In this document: positions 1 through 10,783 of the stretch, one piece after another | Numbering within the stretch: the first letter of the stretch is position 1 | Layout: each line of letters opens with the position of its first letter | IMG/VR virus record: IMGVR_UViG_3300018079_000001 | Location: 37,822-101,821 of that record | Reading direction: 5' to 3' (one strand) | Source: a virus | Length of the DNA: 64,000 bases | Translations under genes and position numbers: made by a program | Notes under the pieces: model-generated | Databases searched by the model: none | The model's input: the letters and a program-made list of their open reading frames with translations, nothing else | Told to the model about the DNA's origin: nothing

Positions 1-109
1 AGGAATCGCCGTATCTCAAGGACCCGGCGACGCACCAGGCGAGCGAGACAACTGGACGCATGTACGACCGTGAAAGCAAACGCGGTCCGCAATCTGGACA
101 GTCAGTAGA

Positions 110-517
110 ATGATCAAGACAATCGGCCGTGTGTTCATTGGTGGCAAGCAATTCACGACCGATCCGCATATTCAGCGGAGTTGGCCGTCGCGGCAGACTG
201 TTCTTACTGGCATTAGTGGTGCAAGCACCGTGCAAGACTTTAACCGCTACGCGAAGGACATGCGGCTCGCCCTCACGAGTAACGGACAGTTCATCAATCA
301 GGCATTCAAGGCTGTGCTTGAGGGGCTGTGTGCGGTACGTGGCGCGGTGTACGTTTACGTGGATTACCAAGGCATTGAAGGAACAGTGAAGATTCTTAGC
401 TTCGATGCACAACCGACGTTCATCCGTGACGGGGACGGTGTGTTGTTCGAGTACCAAATGGAATTGAAAATCATGACACTGACGAAGCTGGACTTCGCTT
501 CATACTCGGGGAGTTGA
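110..517 (+). CDS. virion/tail-module protein (distal tail-like), hypothetical
   Basis: 135-aa ORF at the start of a tightly packed + strand run of tail-like genes. Confidence 0.5.
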   Translation: MIKTIGRVFIGGKQFTTDPHIQRSWPSRQTVLTGISGASTVQDFNRYAKDMRLALTSNGQFINQAFKAVLEGLCAVRGAVYVYVDYQGIEGTVKILSFDAQPTFIRDGDGVLFEYQMELKIMTLTKLDFASYSGS

Positions 518-520
518 ACA

Positions 521-1312
521 ATGGCAGAGATTCGACACCTTAATGCGAACGGCTTCACGACGCAAGCGCAGCAGACCTGGGGGCCGTTTGTCTCCGGTAC
601 GATTGAGGTTCGTTCAGGTAAGGTGAAGTTCGGTATCGAAAACACAGGTACCCGCGTACTCGGTGCAACGCCGTTTGCAGCAATTGCTCTTGAGATTCAG
701 CAGACGGGTACGAACGATGGTTATACGTTCTACTACACGGCCGAAGATTCGGCCGGCACGCTTAGTCGTCCGTGGGGCAACACTGTGGATGGTGCGCCCA
801 CGTCTCTGTTGCTTGGTTCTGGCGGTGTGTTCGGCGCGATAGGCACATATGGCTACAAGGTGACGGCGACAAACGCGACGGGTGAGACCATCGGTTCCGT
901 CGAGGCAATCGCAGTCGTTACGGTCACGACGCAACGGGTTCAACTCACGTGGGTGCAAACACCAGGTGCGACGGGTTACAAGGTATATCGGACAGCAACC
1001 GCTGGCACGTATGGGGCAACAACACTGCGGGCTACCATTGTGGGCGGTGCGACAGTATCGTACATTGACGATGGTTCGGCGACCGCAGCCGGAACACCGC
1101 CGAGCGAGAACACGACCGCTGGCGTTGGTCCGACATACGGTACGGCGCCTGTTGATGGCAGTTTCAATCAGACGGATAAGGTGATCGCCGTTACTCCGGC
1201 CGGATTGGCGATTGGGCAACAGTGGTTCTATTGGGCGCAGATTCGTGTGCCCGCTGCGACGAGTGAAATCGGCAATCGGCGGACGTTGAACGTCACGCCC
1301 GTGGAGTCGTAA
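521..1312 (+). CDS. virion structural protein with Ig/Fn3-like segment
   Basis: Thr/Gly-rich; YKVTATNATGET...LTW...GATGYKVYR...YIDDG pattern typical of phage Fn3-like modules. Confidence 0.6.
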   Translation: MAEIRHLNANGFTTQAQQTWGPFVSGTIEVRSGKVKFGIENTGTRVLGATPFAAIALEIQQTGTNDGYTFYYTAEDSAGTLSRPWGNTVDGAPTSLLLGSGGVFGAIGTYGYKVTATNATGETIGSVEAIAVVTVTTQRVQLTWVQTPGATGYKVYRTATAGTYGATTLRATIVGGATVSYIDDGSATAAGTPPSENTTAGVGPTYGTAPVDGSFNQTDKVIAVTPAGLAIGQQWFYWAQIRVPAATSEIGNRRTLNVTPVES

Positions 1313-1335
1313 AATGGAAAGGCTGAGGTAACATC

Positions 1336-1743
1336 ATGGCACTGCTAGTTCCGGACGTTGGCGAAGTTCAACTGCTCAGCTATGCGCTGAACAAGTTGAC
1401 GCCTGAAAATCAAATCATGCGTCTGTTCAAGAACGATTACACACCAGTCGAGGGCTCGGTGCTCGGCGACTTCACTGAAGCGACATGGACCGGATACGCG
1501 CAGAAGTCATTGACTGGCTCAAGCTGGACAGTTGCCACAGTAGCGGGAGTGACGACAGGGACGTTCGCGGTGCAGACGTTTACGTCCACGGCGAATCAAG
1601 CGGCAGAGTTGTCCTACGGATATTATGTCCTGGGCGCGACGAGCGGTATTTTGCTGTGGGCCGAACGGTTCACGGACGGACCGTACGCTATCGCTGTGCT
1701 CGGCGACAACATCGCAATCACTCCAAAGATTACAGGAGCGTAA
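1336..1743 (+). CDS. putative tail structural protein
   Basis: GAGG RBS; LFKNDYTP...FTEA..GYA...YGYY...LLWAERF pattern common in phage tail proteins. Confidence 0.55.
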   Translation: MALLVPDVGEVQLLSYALNKLTPENQIMRLFKNDYTPVEGSVLGDFTEATWTGYAQKSLTGSSWTVATVAGVTTGTFAVQTFTSTANQAAELSYGYYVLGATSGILLWAERFTDGPYAIAVLGDNIAITPKITGA

Positions 1744-1744
1744 G

Positions 1745-2242
1745 ATGGCCAGGATCAAGGCCGAGTACGATTCAGAAGCCCAAGCGATCACGTGCACCCT
1801 CGCGTCGCTGGCGAACAACGCGGCGCGGGAGTCCACGGCGATCCTCAATACATCCGTGCTGCATCTCGATGATTTGGTACAGGTGCGAATCGACCTAGCA
1901 GACGGTGGTACGATCGCTTCAGACAAGAAGGTGTACGTGTACGCGTACGGTACCGTGGATTTGACTACCCCGATCTACCCGGACCGTGTGACCGGCACGG
2001 ACGCGGCAATCGTGCTCGACGCCCCGACGCAGTTGAAACTGATCGGCGTCATTGAGTGCGCCGCATATGTCACCGTCACGAAGACGATTTTTACGTCTGA
2101 GCCGCTATCGGTGGCAAAGGCGTTCGATGGTATCATGCCGCAGAAGTGGGGCATTGTCGTCGAGAACAAGACGAGCATTGCGTTTCGGGCTTCTGAAACG
2201 AACCAGAAAAAAATCTTTCAGGGCGTGTGGGCGCAGTCATAA
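1745..2242 (+). CDS. putative virion protein
   Basis: ATG directly after the previous stop (MARIKAEY...); tail-module context. Confidence 0.5.
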   Translation: MARIKAEYDSEAQAITCTLASLANNAARESTAILNTSVLHLDDLVQVRIDLADGGTIASDKKVYVYAYGTVDLTTPIYPDRVTGTDAAIVLDAPTQLKLIGVIECAAYVTVTKTIFTSEPLSVAKAFDGIMPQKWGIVVENKTSIAFRASETNQKKIFQGVWAQS

Positions 2243-2243
2243 A

Positions 2244-2951
2244 ATGGCGATTAACGTTTGGCCGAAACATTGGGGTAGTAGTCCGGTATTGGGGATTCCC
2301 ATGCAGGGGCATCCTCTGACACCGCGCTACGGCTTCATCATGGACGGCTCCGTGGCAGATATCGTACGAAACGTTCGTGGCATTTTAATTGCAGGAACGT
2401 GGGCGCCGAATAGTGCTCGTGGTTACTCGGGGACGGCGCGGAAGCACACAGCGACGACGGACCGTGTAGACATTGGGCTCGATTCTGAACTTCTGACGAC
2501 AGGGCCGTGTTCTATCGTCCTGGGATATCAGAAAACAGACGCGGTTGCACGAGGCTCGGTGGCGTTTGGAACCACAACAGGCACCACGAGCACATGCGAC
2601 GCATATGTTCCGTTTTCGGACAACGTGGTCTATTGGGACTATGGTGGAACTGCCGGCGGTAGCACCAGACTTACTGCTAGCGGACTCACGTTCGGGGATG
2701 ATATTTGGGCGTTCACGCAAGGTCTGCGTGGCGCGGAGATTTGGCAAAACGGCATTCTGCGTGCAGCGAACGGTAGTAACAATGTAAGAGTCAATGCCGG
2801 CACCCAATTCATGCTAGGGAAAAACAACGCGGGGAGTGGACAGCTTTCTGACCTGGCATTGTGGAAATTCTTTTATATCTACCATCGTCAGATTCTTCGA
2901 AGTGAGATCAGTGATCTGGTACGGACGCCGTATTCGTGGGTTGAACGATGA
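2244..2951 (+). CDS. LamG/ConA-like lectin-domain virion protein
   Basis: Beta-rich; C-terminal IWQNG...YIYHRQILRSEI resembles the LamG end motif. Confidence 0.45.
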   Translation: MAINVWPKHWGSSPVLGIPMQGHPLTPRYGFIMDGSVADIVRNVRGILIAGTWAPNSARGYSGTARKHTATTDRVDIGLDSELLTTGPCSIVLGYQKTDAVARGSVAFGTTTGTTSTCDAYVPFSDNVVYWDYGGTAGGSTRLTASGLTFGDDIWAFTQGLRGAEIWQNGILRAANGSNNVRVNAGTQFMLGKNNAGSGQLSDLALWKFFYIYHRQILRSEISDLVRTPYSWVER

Positions 2952-3409
2952 GACCACTGAGGATTTTTTTCACTCCTAGCAGCAGTTTTACTTATGTGGC
3001 GTCGGGCGGTGTTGTCTTCGGTGGTGCCGCTGACACAGAGAATAACCGTGATCCGATTACCTACTCGTACACACCTACAGGCGGGCTCGCCTTTGGTGGC
3101 TCTGCGCAGGTCCAAATCTCGAAGAACTACAACGCATCGGGCGGGTTCGTTTTCGGCGGCACAGCCGATATTGTGGCCGATGTCACGCAGATTGCCTTCG
3201 ACATCTTTCAAGCGTTGAATTCACCACGAACAATATTCTTTGACATCATCTCGTCGTTGGAACCGTTGAATGGGATCGAGGCGTCGTTCGACATATACGA
3301 AGGTGTTGCGGGTGCGATGATTTCGTTTGACATCTATTCCGAGCGTCTGCGGACGGCTCGATTCTCAGAGGACGTTCAAATGCCTGTGGCCGAAGTGGAG
3401 ATTTCATAA
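2948..3409 (+). CDS. putative virion protein with SGGxxFGG repeats
   Basis: Three repeats of Y..(S/T)GG..FGG.A; ATGA overlap with upstream gene. Confidence 0.5.
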   Translation: MRPLRIFFTPSSSFTYVASGGVVFGGAADTENNRDPITYSYTPTGGLAFGGSAQVQISKNYNASGGFVFGGTADIVADVTQIAFDIFQALNSPRTIFFDIISSLEPLNGIEASFDIYEGVAGAMISFDIYSERLRTARFSEDVQMPVAEVEIS

Positions 3410-6084
3410 TGGCTGAAGTTCTCATAAATCACGTCTTCAACAATCCGCAGCCGGACGATGTGGGGCCGCACACGTATGTGAAACCGACTGATTGGAATGC
3501 CTCTGAAGTGTTCGGTGGCGGCGGTACAGACGGTGACCTTGTCACGTGGAACCCGGCGTCTTCGACGAAAGCATCATTCCGTACAATCGTCGCGGGCACG
3601 GGTATTTCGGTCAGCATCACGGCTGGACAGATTCAAATTTCGACGACGGTCTCTGGGGTTGGTGGGACAGGTACGGCCGGGAAGTTGTCGAAGTGGACGG
3701 GTGTATCCTCACTCGGTGACTCTATGGTCATCGAAAGTGCAACCGGTCTCACGATCGGGGGTGTCGGACCGCACGCTTGGGGCGCAAGTACGAATGCTAA
3801 CGTACAGTTCTTGATTGCAGGGACATTCTCGCCTGCTGGCACAGGCAGAGCCTTCGAGGTTGGTTCGACTCTCAGCGGCGCCTCGGGGCAGGACGAATAT
3901 CTCGTCAACATCAACGGATCGGTTGTGGCTTTTGGCTCGCCCTCTCTCCTGGCGGGTTTGCGGGTCGCTCCGACCTTTAGTGGCGGTACCCCTGTCGATA
4001 CGGTCGGTATTCGAGTCGCATCCTTTACGGCGATCGGCACGGTGGCTTCGGGCATCAAACTAGACGCTCCGACTGGTGCTACTACTAACTACGCTCTGTG
4101 GGCGCCCACAGGAAACGTGCAGTTCGATGGTTCGATCGTTGCGGCCGGGAACGCGGCGAAGACTGTACGGACTGACTTCCAGATAGAGTCAAACTCCGGG
4201 CGCGGGAACTTCTTTGTTCAGGGTTCGGCGGACGGCGGCACCCACGCAGGCATTGGTCGAGCAGTGAAATTCATTGCGGCTGCTACGACCGCGTTCCCGT
4301 TTGTCATCTCTCACAGCGCGGCGCAGCCGGTCGTGTTCGGGACAAGCGACACAGAGAGAATGCGGATTGACAGCGCAGGGTCTTGGACCCTCAGCATTGC
4401 CGGGCCGCACGCCATCGGTGGCACTGTCGTTACTGGCACGCAGCTAACCTTGAAGGGTACATTTAGCCCGGGTGTCTTCGAGGTACGCGGACTAGAAGTA
4501 GCAATGTCACTCCAAGCAGCGTCAAATCTTGACGTATACGGATTGGTGCTGAGTCCTACCCTGATCGAATCGGGAGCAGGTACACACCCCAACCTTGCGG
4601 CTCTTAAAGTCGCTCCTTCTGTAACTGGCAATATTGCAAACGTCACCGATCTTTCTGGTATTTTGGTCAACACTTTCGTCGCCGGTTCAATCGGCACCAC
4701 CACCAACGCGTCTGGCATCAAGATCAACGCTGCTCCTACAGGCGCGACAAACAACCGCTCATTGTGGGTAGCGGCAGGTAGTGTTGAAATCACTTCAGCC
4801 GGATCGCACGCTATTGGTGGTGTGATTAACGATGGGGTTGGATTCTATATCAGAGGCACATTCGCGTCGGCGCAGTCCTTCGCGCGGGCTTTGCAAGTAG
4901 ATCAAACCCTAACCGCTACCGGGGACAACGGCAGCCTGGTTGGCCTCTATATAAATCCAGTGCTGACAGAACGAGCAGCCGGTACGCACCCAATTCTGGC
5001 GGGTATCTTCGTTCAACCGACCGTTATAGCCGGTGCCGCAGCAACAACTCTATTCGCGGGCATTCATGTCGCCGCCCTGGTAGCTCAAAGCGGGACGAGT
5101 GCCGCAGCCTCTCTGAATATCGACAGTGAACCGACCGGAGCTACTACCAACTATGCATTACGTGTCCAGTCCGGTAAGACTCTCCTAGTAGGTCAGACCG
5201 CCGTAGGGTCTCTTGGTGGTGGCGACGCGCAGTTTACACTCGCTGGTGCGTGGACCGGAACAACCCAAACAGAAATGATGCGAGCGTCTACAACGCTGAC
5301 TGCTGTAGTGGGGGCGGGGGCTTTCGGACTTATCTTCGTCCCAACATTCGTCGAGGCAGGCTCAGGCACACACAGTCAGCTTACCGGCATCTATGTGGCC
5401 CCGACGTTCACGAACGGTGCCGGAGCGACCACGAATATTTTCGGTATCAATATCGACATGGGCGCAGTCGGAGCGATTGCCCCGACTACCGCCGCTGCGC
5501 TGCGCATTGCGGCCCCGACCGGCGCGACGAACAACTATGCGATCCTGGTAGCATCGGGCCTCACCTTGCTTGGCGGCGACCTGACTATCACTAAGACTGC
5601 CCCGGTCCTGACGATCGAGGGCTCGGGCGTCACTTCGGCCTTCGAAGTTTGGCGGACGAACGGCACCGACCGCTGGTCTGTAGGAGTGGCTTCGGGAGCC
5701 ACCGACTTGTTATTTCAAGCGGGCAGCCCTGGCGCGACCGCCTTTCTGACATTGACGAATGCCGGTAACATCGCACTCTTCGCGGCCGGTTCGTTCGGTA
5801 GCGGCACCCTGGTGCTGTTTGTCGGCAACGCGACGACTGCACCGACGACAAATCCGACTAGCGGCGGCATCCTATACTCGGAGGCGGGCGCAGGGAAGTG
5901 GCGCGGTAGCGGCGGCACAGTGACAACCTTCGGCCCTGCCGAACCGCATTGTCCGACGTGCGGTAACGACTTTATGCATGAGTGGGAGAATGAGCGGACC
6001 GGCTACTTGGCGGTCTGCATGTCATGCTTGACTGACGAGATTGGCGCGCGGTCGTGGATCATCAAGCGCGCGGGAAGGGCATAA
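3409..6084 (+). CDS. tail fibre / receptor-binding protein
   Basis: 891 aa, Gly/Ala/Thr-rich, four PTGAT(T/N)N repeats, C-terminal GGILYSEAG..KWRGSGGTVT and CxxC...CxxC. Confidence 0.75.
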   Translation: MAEVLINHVFNNPQPDDVGPHTYVKPTDWNASEVFGGGGTDGDLVTWNPASSTKASFRTIVAGTGISVSITAGQIQISTTVSGVGGTGTAGKLSKWTGVSSLGDSMVIESATGLTIGGVGPHAWGASTNANVQFLIAGTFSPAGTGRAFEVGSTLSGASGQDEYLVNINGSVVAFGSPSLLAGLRVAPTFSGGTPVDTVGIRVASFTAIGTVASGIKLDAPTGATTNYALWAPTGNVQFDGSIVAAGNAAKTVRTDFQIESNSGRGNFFVQGSADGGTHAGIGRAVKFIAAATTAFPFVISHSAAQPVVFGTSDTERMRIDSAGSWTLSIAGPHAIGGTVVTGTQLTLKGTFSPGVFEVRGLEVAMSLQAASNLDVYGLVLSPTLIESGAGTHPNLAALKVAPSVTGNIANVTDLSGILVNTFVAGSIGTTTNASGIKINAAPTGATNNRSLWVAAGSVEITSAGSHAIGGVINDGVGFYIRGTFASAQSFARALQVDQTLTATGDNGSLVGLYINPVLTERAAGTHPILAGIFVQPTVIAGAAATTLFAGIHVAALVAQSGTSAAASLNIDSEPTGATTNYALRVQSGKTLLVGQTAVGSLGGGDAQFTLAGAWTGTTQTEMMRASTTLTAVVGAGAFGLIFVPTFVEAGSGTHSQLTGIYVAPTFTNGAGATTNIFGINIDMGAVGAIAPTTAAALRIAAPTGATNNYAILVASGLTLLGGDLTITKTAPVLTIEGSGVTSAFEVWRTNGTDRWSVGVASGATDLLFQAGSPGATAFLTLTNAGNIALFAAGSFGSGTLVLFVGNATTAPTTNPTSGGILYSEAGAGKWRGSGGTVTTFGPAEPHCPTCGNDFMHEWENERTGYLAVCMSCLTDEIGARSWIIKRAGRA

Positions 6085-6090
6085 AAAGCC

Positions 6091-6456
6091 ATGGCTTCTC
6101 TGGATAGGAAAGTTGCAGCGCTTCAAACGACCGATGCCGTGCAGGTGAGTGCGTTCACGTTCGCGGTGGCTGATGACACTGTCGTTTCGATCACGGCCAA
6201 GGTGACAGCCCTGCAATCGGGACAGGGAACCGGAAAGTCCTTCTGGCTATTCGGCTCAGCCAGGAAGGCGGGGGCGGCGGCAGCGGTCTTGCTAGGAGCC
6301 GCCTTGGCTATCGTCACTGCGCAGGGAGACGCAGGGGCGGTGTTGTGGGATGCAGTCATCGACCTGAGTTCTCCTAACCTTAGGATTAGAGTCACAGGCG
6401 TAGCCGCGACCACGATCAATTGGTTGGTCAGCGTTGACATTCACGTCGCACCCTAA
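6091..6456 (+). CDS. tail fibre-associated small beta protein
   Basis: Ala/Val-rich 121-aa ORF immediately after the fibre gene. Confidence 0.45.
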   Translation: MASLDRKVAALQTTDAVQVSAFTFAVADDTVVSITAKVTALQSGQGTGKSFWLFGSARKAGAAAAVLLGAALAIVTAQGDAGAVLWDAVIDLSSPNLRIRVTGVAATTINWLVSVDIHVAP

Positions 6457-6478
6457 AAAGTGAGGCCCTAGAGGCTCC

Positions 6479-8281
6479 ATGGCGACCGCATTTCAGTTAA
6501 ACGCATTCCAGAACCCGGAGACGTACGACCACTTTGGGTTTCAGGTTTCAGTCACGCCCATTGTAGGGCCTGATGGAATCGCCAGCGCGTTCACTATTGA
6601 CCAATCAGTACAGATGGCGTCTGACCAGTGGGAGTTGGCACTCACTTCTTCGGAGCAGTGGCGTGCCCGTTCACGAACGAATTCGGTTGATTTGTCCACC
6701 GGTCTGATCAACGCACTCGGCGACCCTGATCTAGTCAAGCACGTCAAGGAGGGCAAGACGGACGAGTGGGAGTTAGAGTTCTTGCCGGACAAGCTGATTG
6801 GTCGCATGCGTGGGCGCGATGCGATGGCGTTTGCACTCGACACCGCACTCTTCATCTCATACGTGAGCGGCGGTGTGGCTCCTCCGGCTATCGACCCTGC
6901 GCTTCTGCCGCCCGGTCTACAGCCTATATTGGGAGTGACAGAGCGGCTCTACCTGCCGGGTCATTGGCTTGCATCCACCATCTGCCGTGACCTGGCAACG
7001 CGAGTCGGACTCGACATAAGCTATCAGGCGCCGGAGTATGTGTTGCGGGAAGACGTGGAAGTCAACGGACCAGCCCTTGGGGCGATTCAGCAAATCATTG
7101 AGCCCTTTACCCACTTCGAGCCGTTCAAGGTTGACGTGTGGGTTGAAGGTAAGACGCTGATGATTCGTCAGCGGCAGGGACTCGTCGAGAGTCCTGGGCC
7201 GCTCGGTCCGCTGCCGGGCACGTTGAACACGGTTTCCATCGGTGATTTGCGGGCGAACAGTCTAACGATTCGTGCACACTTTCTCGACTACATCCGTATC
7301 TTTCGGGCACTTGGTGCCGTGTTGGATTGTAGTGCGAGTAGCGCGAACAGGACGATAGGCATAAGAGATCAATTCACGGCTGGTGACTTCCGCACTACCA
7401 TCGCCAAGGAAGTTCGTGTTCTTGACAAAGCGGACATGGGCTCGCAGACCGATGTTGTAGACCTGCGAAACGCCCACATGGTGTCCCGTGAAACTGTAGT
7501 GCATCTTCAGGACCCTTTGATTCTCGACGCGAATTGCCGCATCATAAACAGTCCACTAGACCGGGGCTCCCAAACACTGCTCGAAGAGGAAATCCAAGAG
7601 ACGTTTGAAGGGCTGACTACTACTGCCTTTCGACAGACGAAACGCATTACGGTGACTAACGTGTACGACAACAACAACTTCATGACCGGGCAGGACACCG
7701 TCACTGAGGAACGAGATGCGACCGATCCCGCGTCGCAGCTTCAGGTAACTAAGCGCGAAAGCCAAGTCTTCAGCGACAACGGTCCTAAAATGTGGGGGGC
7801 GCGTGCGACGAAATGGTCAATCGACAGCGACGGTACATCATCTGTTGATTCTGTGCAGTCGGCTCCTGGTAGCGGTGTTCGTCCTGGTGGTCCCGGTCGT
7901 GCACCCGTAGAGACAGCGACAGATTCACAGCGAGCGTTCAAGGCGGCGATCATTGACAATTTACCAGGGGCTAAGGATTTTTCCCTGAAGAACGACAACC
8001 TGAAGCAGGACCAAATCGACATGATCTATAATCAGGCGGTCGCGTCATCGGGGGCGCAGGAGTACGAAGTCCAGTTCGTCGCCGCGCAGATTCCCTGGAT
8101 CAAGAAAGGGCAGATGCTCAAGATCACCGGCCTGGTGTACGAAGACGGAGTGACGCCTGTGGATTTGCCTAACATGCTCGTTCTCGACACCAGAATTGTC
8201 CACACAGAAGAGTCGTCGAATCCGACTTCGCTTGTGCAAATAAAAGCGGTCTTTTGGTCGAAGACGTGGGGGCAGGGATAA
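6479..8281 (+). CDS. tail/baseplate hub-like protein
   Basis: 600 aa; ..RGRD..A..LD and C-terminal PWIKKGQMLKI pattern like late-control-D/hub proteins; tail context. Confidence 0.5.
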   Translation: MATAFQLNAFQNPETYDHFGFQVSVTPIVGPDGIASAFTIDQSVQMASDQWELALTSSEQWRARSRTNSVDLSTGLINALGDPDLVKHVKEGKTDEWELEFLPDKLIGRMRGRDAMAFALDTALFISYVSGGVAPPAIDPALLPPGLQPILGVTERLYLPGHWLASTICRDLATRVGLDISYQAPEYVLREDVEVNGPALGAIQQIIEPFTHFEPFKVDVWVEGKTLMIRQRQGLVESPGPLGPLPGTLNTVSIGDLRANSLTIRAHFLDYIRIFRALGAVLDCSASSANRTIGIRDQFTAGDFRTTIAKEVRVLDKADMGSQTDVVDLRNAHMVSRETVVHLQDPLILDANCRIINSPLDRGSQTLLEEEIQETFEGLTTTAFRQTKRITVTNVYDNNNFMTGQDTVTEERDATDPASQLQVTKRESQVFSDNGPKMWGARATKWSIDSDGTSSVDSVQSAPGSGVRPGGPGRAPVETATDSQRAFKAAIIDNLPGAKDFSLKNDNLKQDQIDMIYNQAVASSGAQEYEVQFVAAQIPWIKKGQMLKITGLVYEDGVTPVDLPNMLVLDTRIVHTEESSNPTSLVQIKAVFWSKTWGQG

Positions 8282-8547
8282 TGCCAGTCCCACGAGCTAC
8301 GACAGCAGTTACGAAAGCCGGGGCAATAGGGACCACCACGTTTTCCTCCGGTGGAGCGGGCTGGATACTGAAGGCTGTGATCGTGGGCAAAGTCAGCGAC
8401 CAGAACAACACGTACTATCTAAATCTGAACGGGTCCATCGTGCGCGCGGAAGCCTCGATCGACGCCCCCCTTGATGTCGGGCACACAGTATGGGTAGGAC
8501 CAGGACCTACCAAAGGCACGTATGTGATTCAAGGAACGGGTGCGTAA
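8281..8547 (+). CDS. small OB-fold/spike-like tail protein, hypothetical
   Basis: Coupled ORF (TAATG overlaps at both ends). Confidence 0.4.
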   Translation: MPVPRATTAVTKAGAIGTTTFSSGGAGWILKAVIVGKVSDQNNTYYLNLNGSIVRAEASIDAPLDVGHTVWVGPGPTKGTYVIQGTGA

Positions 8548-10781
8548 TGCCCGCGCCGAGAGCGATCACTCAGATACAGGAAGCCAGAGTTGGCACAAAG
8601 ATCACGAAGGAAGTGGTCGAAGGAGTGCAGGGCAACCGCTACCGCATACACGGTGTGTGGGTGCCTGGCGCAGATACGCAGGCAAAAGTAGGGGATGTTG
8701 TGCACGTGCAGTGGTTGACTCATACGCGTGAGCTGGATACCCCACTCAGGATCGTCAGCTACAATGTCAGACGCGGCAGTGTGTTCTTACCTTCGGAGGA
8801 GGGACTAGCACTCGTCGAAGAGTTGTTCGTGGACGTACCTACTGGAGAGGTTTACTTCAGGAACAGCAAACAAATCACAAAACTCAAAGTTCGTGAGTTG
8901 CTCCCGCGCGATCCCGACTACGTGCAGTTCGGAATTGACGGCGTGTATTTTGTTGTCAGAACTTCAACACCGTTTACGCCCGGCAGCTACACAATCGGGC
9001 AGACGCCTCTCTATCATATCTTCAAACTGAACCGAACAAGCGGTACAAAACACCTGTCTGCCACGGCCGTCGCGACGTTCGTGCGCACGGAGAGTCCCGT
9101 CGCGAGTAATCTGGCCTTAGTTGACGTACGTCTCGTCGGGGCAATGACCGGGTCGTCGAAATGGGCTCAGGGAACCACAGTCCATCCAGGCGGAATCGGG
9201 GATTCAACAGGGACCAGCATCAGCGATATATCCGCTTCGGCTTCGCAGGACATCACTCGAACCATCCATTTGAATGTAGCCAATCACGACGGAACCAGTC
9301 CGTTCTTCTTCAAAAGTCAAACTATTGACGAAGTGCATGTAAACGAGGCGGGGGATCTGCTCATTGTCTTGAGTGTTCAAGTAGACCTCTGCATGAACAA
9401 AGAACACGGCATTGGTATCATCAACCCGCTGACCGGCCTCGTCGGCACCCAAAAACTTTATGTAGAAGGCGCAGAGTGCGTCTTCACCCCAACACTAGAA
9501 GACTTCGGTGTCGCTGATTCTGATTTCTCGTACCCGATCGCCAGGTCTCATGTCTTCGTAATCAATAACACGCTTGGGGTCATTCTCTTCCGTTCCTGTC
9601 CGCCGATAATCACGAAAACCGTCACCTCAGAATACCACCAGTTTCGCGGAGCACAAACCCACCTTTTTGATTCACTAGGCGCGGAGTTGTGCGGAATAGC
9701 TCGTTTCGATCCGGAAGTTTGGACTGGAAGTGATGCAGGAGCACCCACAGTCGCTTTTGGAAACATTGGGGTTCACGGTCATCTTGGCAAGTCTATTGAT
9801 GGTTGGGATACGCGCTTAACCTTCATCGGAAACCCGGCGACCTTTTTCACCACGGTAGACATTGCTGACAGTAAATCTTTAGAAATGGCATACGGGCCAA
9901 GTGGCGCATTTCCTCAGGGAGGACTCAAAGTCACTTACAACCGCACTCTTCGACAAATCAATCACATTATCCAGTGGGAGATCGCCGGGAGGTTTATCCC
10001 TCGGCTCGTCAAGGACAAGGCGGGTGTCGGAACTGTCTTTCTCCGCGCGAGAAAGGTGATACAAGGGGTTGGAATCGCCTATGAGGTGGGCGCCTTTATG
10101 TTGGACCTAGAGACCAGTGTGCTCACCACCATCCACCCGATGACCGCCAGCCCGGTCGGAGGCCAGTTCATCGGCAGCGACATCAAAGTCGGGTTCGATG
10201 ACATAACATTCCCTTGGCTGGACTATGTTTCAGCACAGAACGCGACGGCGCACGAAATCCTGATGCGTGTACGGTACGCGCCGGACGCGACAAATGTGAC
10301 AGACGCGATCGAAGTATACAATCGCGACACAGAAGTTCTTCGAGTGTTGGACACGGTCACAACAGTGCAAGGAGACGAGACGCATCTACCACCAGACCCC
10401 GCGCTCGCTCCGATTCTGGCGTGGACCAAACGACAATTCGCGCTTCTACGTCCTGACTTTACGTTTTGGGCCGCTGACGCGGATATGGACCCGACTGAAC
10501 AAATCTTTCCTGCACCAGCCATAGATGCGGAGAAAGACGCGGACATTTTCCTGGACATCAAAAAAGCAAACGTACCAGGCTCGACTCTTACGATGGGAGT
10601 ACGACCGAAAGAGTTTCGTGATGGTTCAGTTCCTAGAACCGCTGGAAAGAGAAAAAAGCTACCGACGACAACGCCGCCTCCTCTTCTCGTACCGAAGAGG
10701 CAGAACGTCGTCAGAGACTCTAACGAGCAGCAGGAAATTTATCCTGGGCCGTCGTTCAGAACAACCAAAGCAGGGAGCTAA
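8547..10781 (+). CDS. large tail-associated protein, hypothetical
   Basis: 744-aa ORF coupled to the upstream gene; somewhat lower GC. Confidence 0.5.
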   Translation: MPAPRAITQIQEARVGTKITKEVVEGVQGNRYRIHGVWVPGADTQAKVGDVVHVQWLTHTRELDTPLRIVSYNVRRGSVFLPSEEGLALVEELFVDVPTGEVYFRNSKQITKLKVRELLPRDPDYVQFGIDGVYFVVRTSTPFTPGSYTIGQTPLYHIFKLNRTSGTKHLSATAVATFVRTESPVASNLALVDVRLVGAMTGSSKWAQGTTVHPGGIGDSTGTSISDISASASQDITRTIHLNVANHDGTSPFFFKSQTIDEVHVNEAGDLLIVLSVQVDLCMNKEHGIGIINPLTGLVGTQKLYVEGAECVFTPTLEDFGVADSDFSYPIARSHVFVINNTLGVILFRSCPPIITKTVTSEYHQFRGAQTHLFDSLGAELCGIARFDPEVWTGSDAGAPTVAFGNIGVHGHLGKSIDGWDTRLTFIGNPATFFTTVDIADSKSLEMAYGPSGAFPQGGLKVTYNRTLRQINHIIQWEIAGRFIPRLVKDKAGVGTVFLRARKVIQGVGIAYEVGAFMLDLETSVLTTIHPMTASPVGGQFIGSDIKVGFDDITFPWLDYVSAQNATAHEILMRVRYAPDATNVTDAIEVYNRDTEVLRVLDTVTTVQGDETHLPPDPALAPILAWTKRQFALLRPDFTFWAADADMDPTEQIFPAPAIDAEKDADIFLDIKKANVPGSTLTMGVRPKEFRDGSVPRTAGKRKKLPTTTPPPLLVPKRQNVVRDSNEQQEIYPGPSFRTTKAGS

Positions 10782-10783
10782 AT

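Noticed and set aside
3409-10781. Diversity-generating retroelement or invertible tail-fibre cassette
   Set aside because: No reverse transcriptase, invertase, TR/VR pair or inverted gene copies seen
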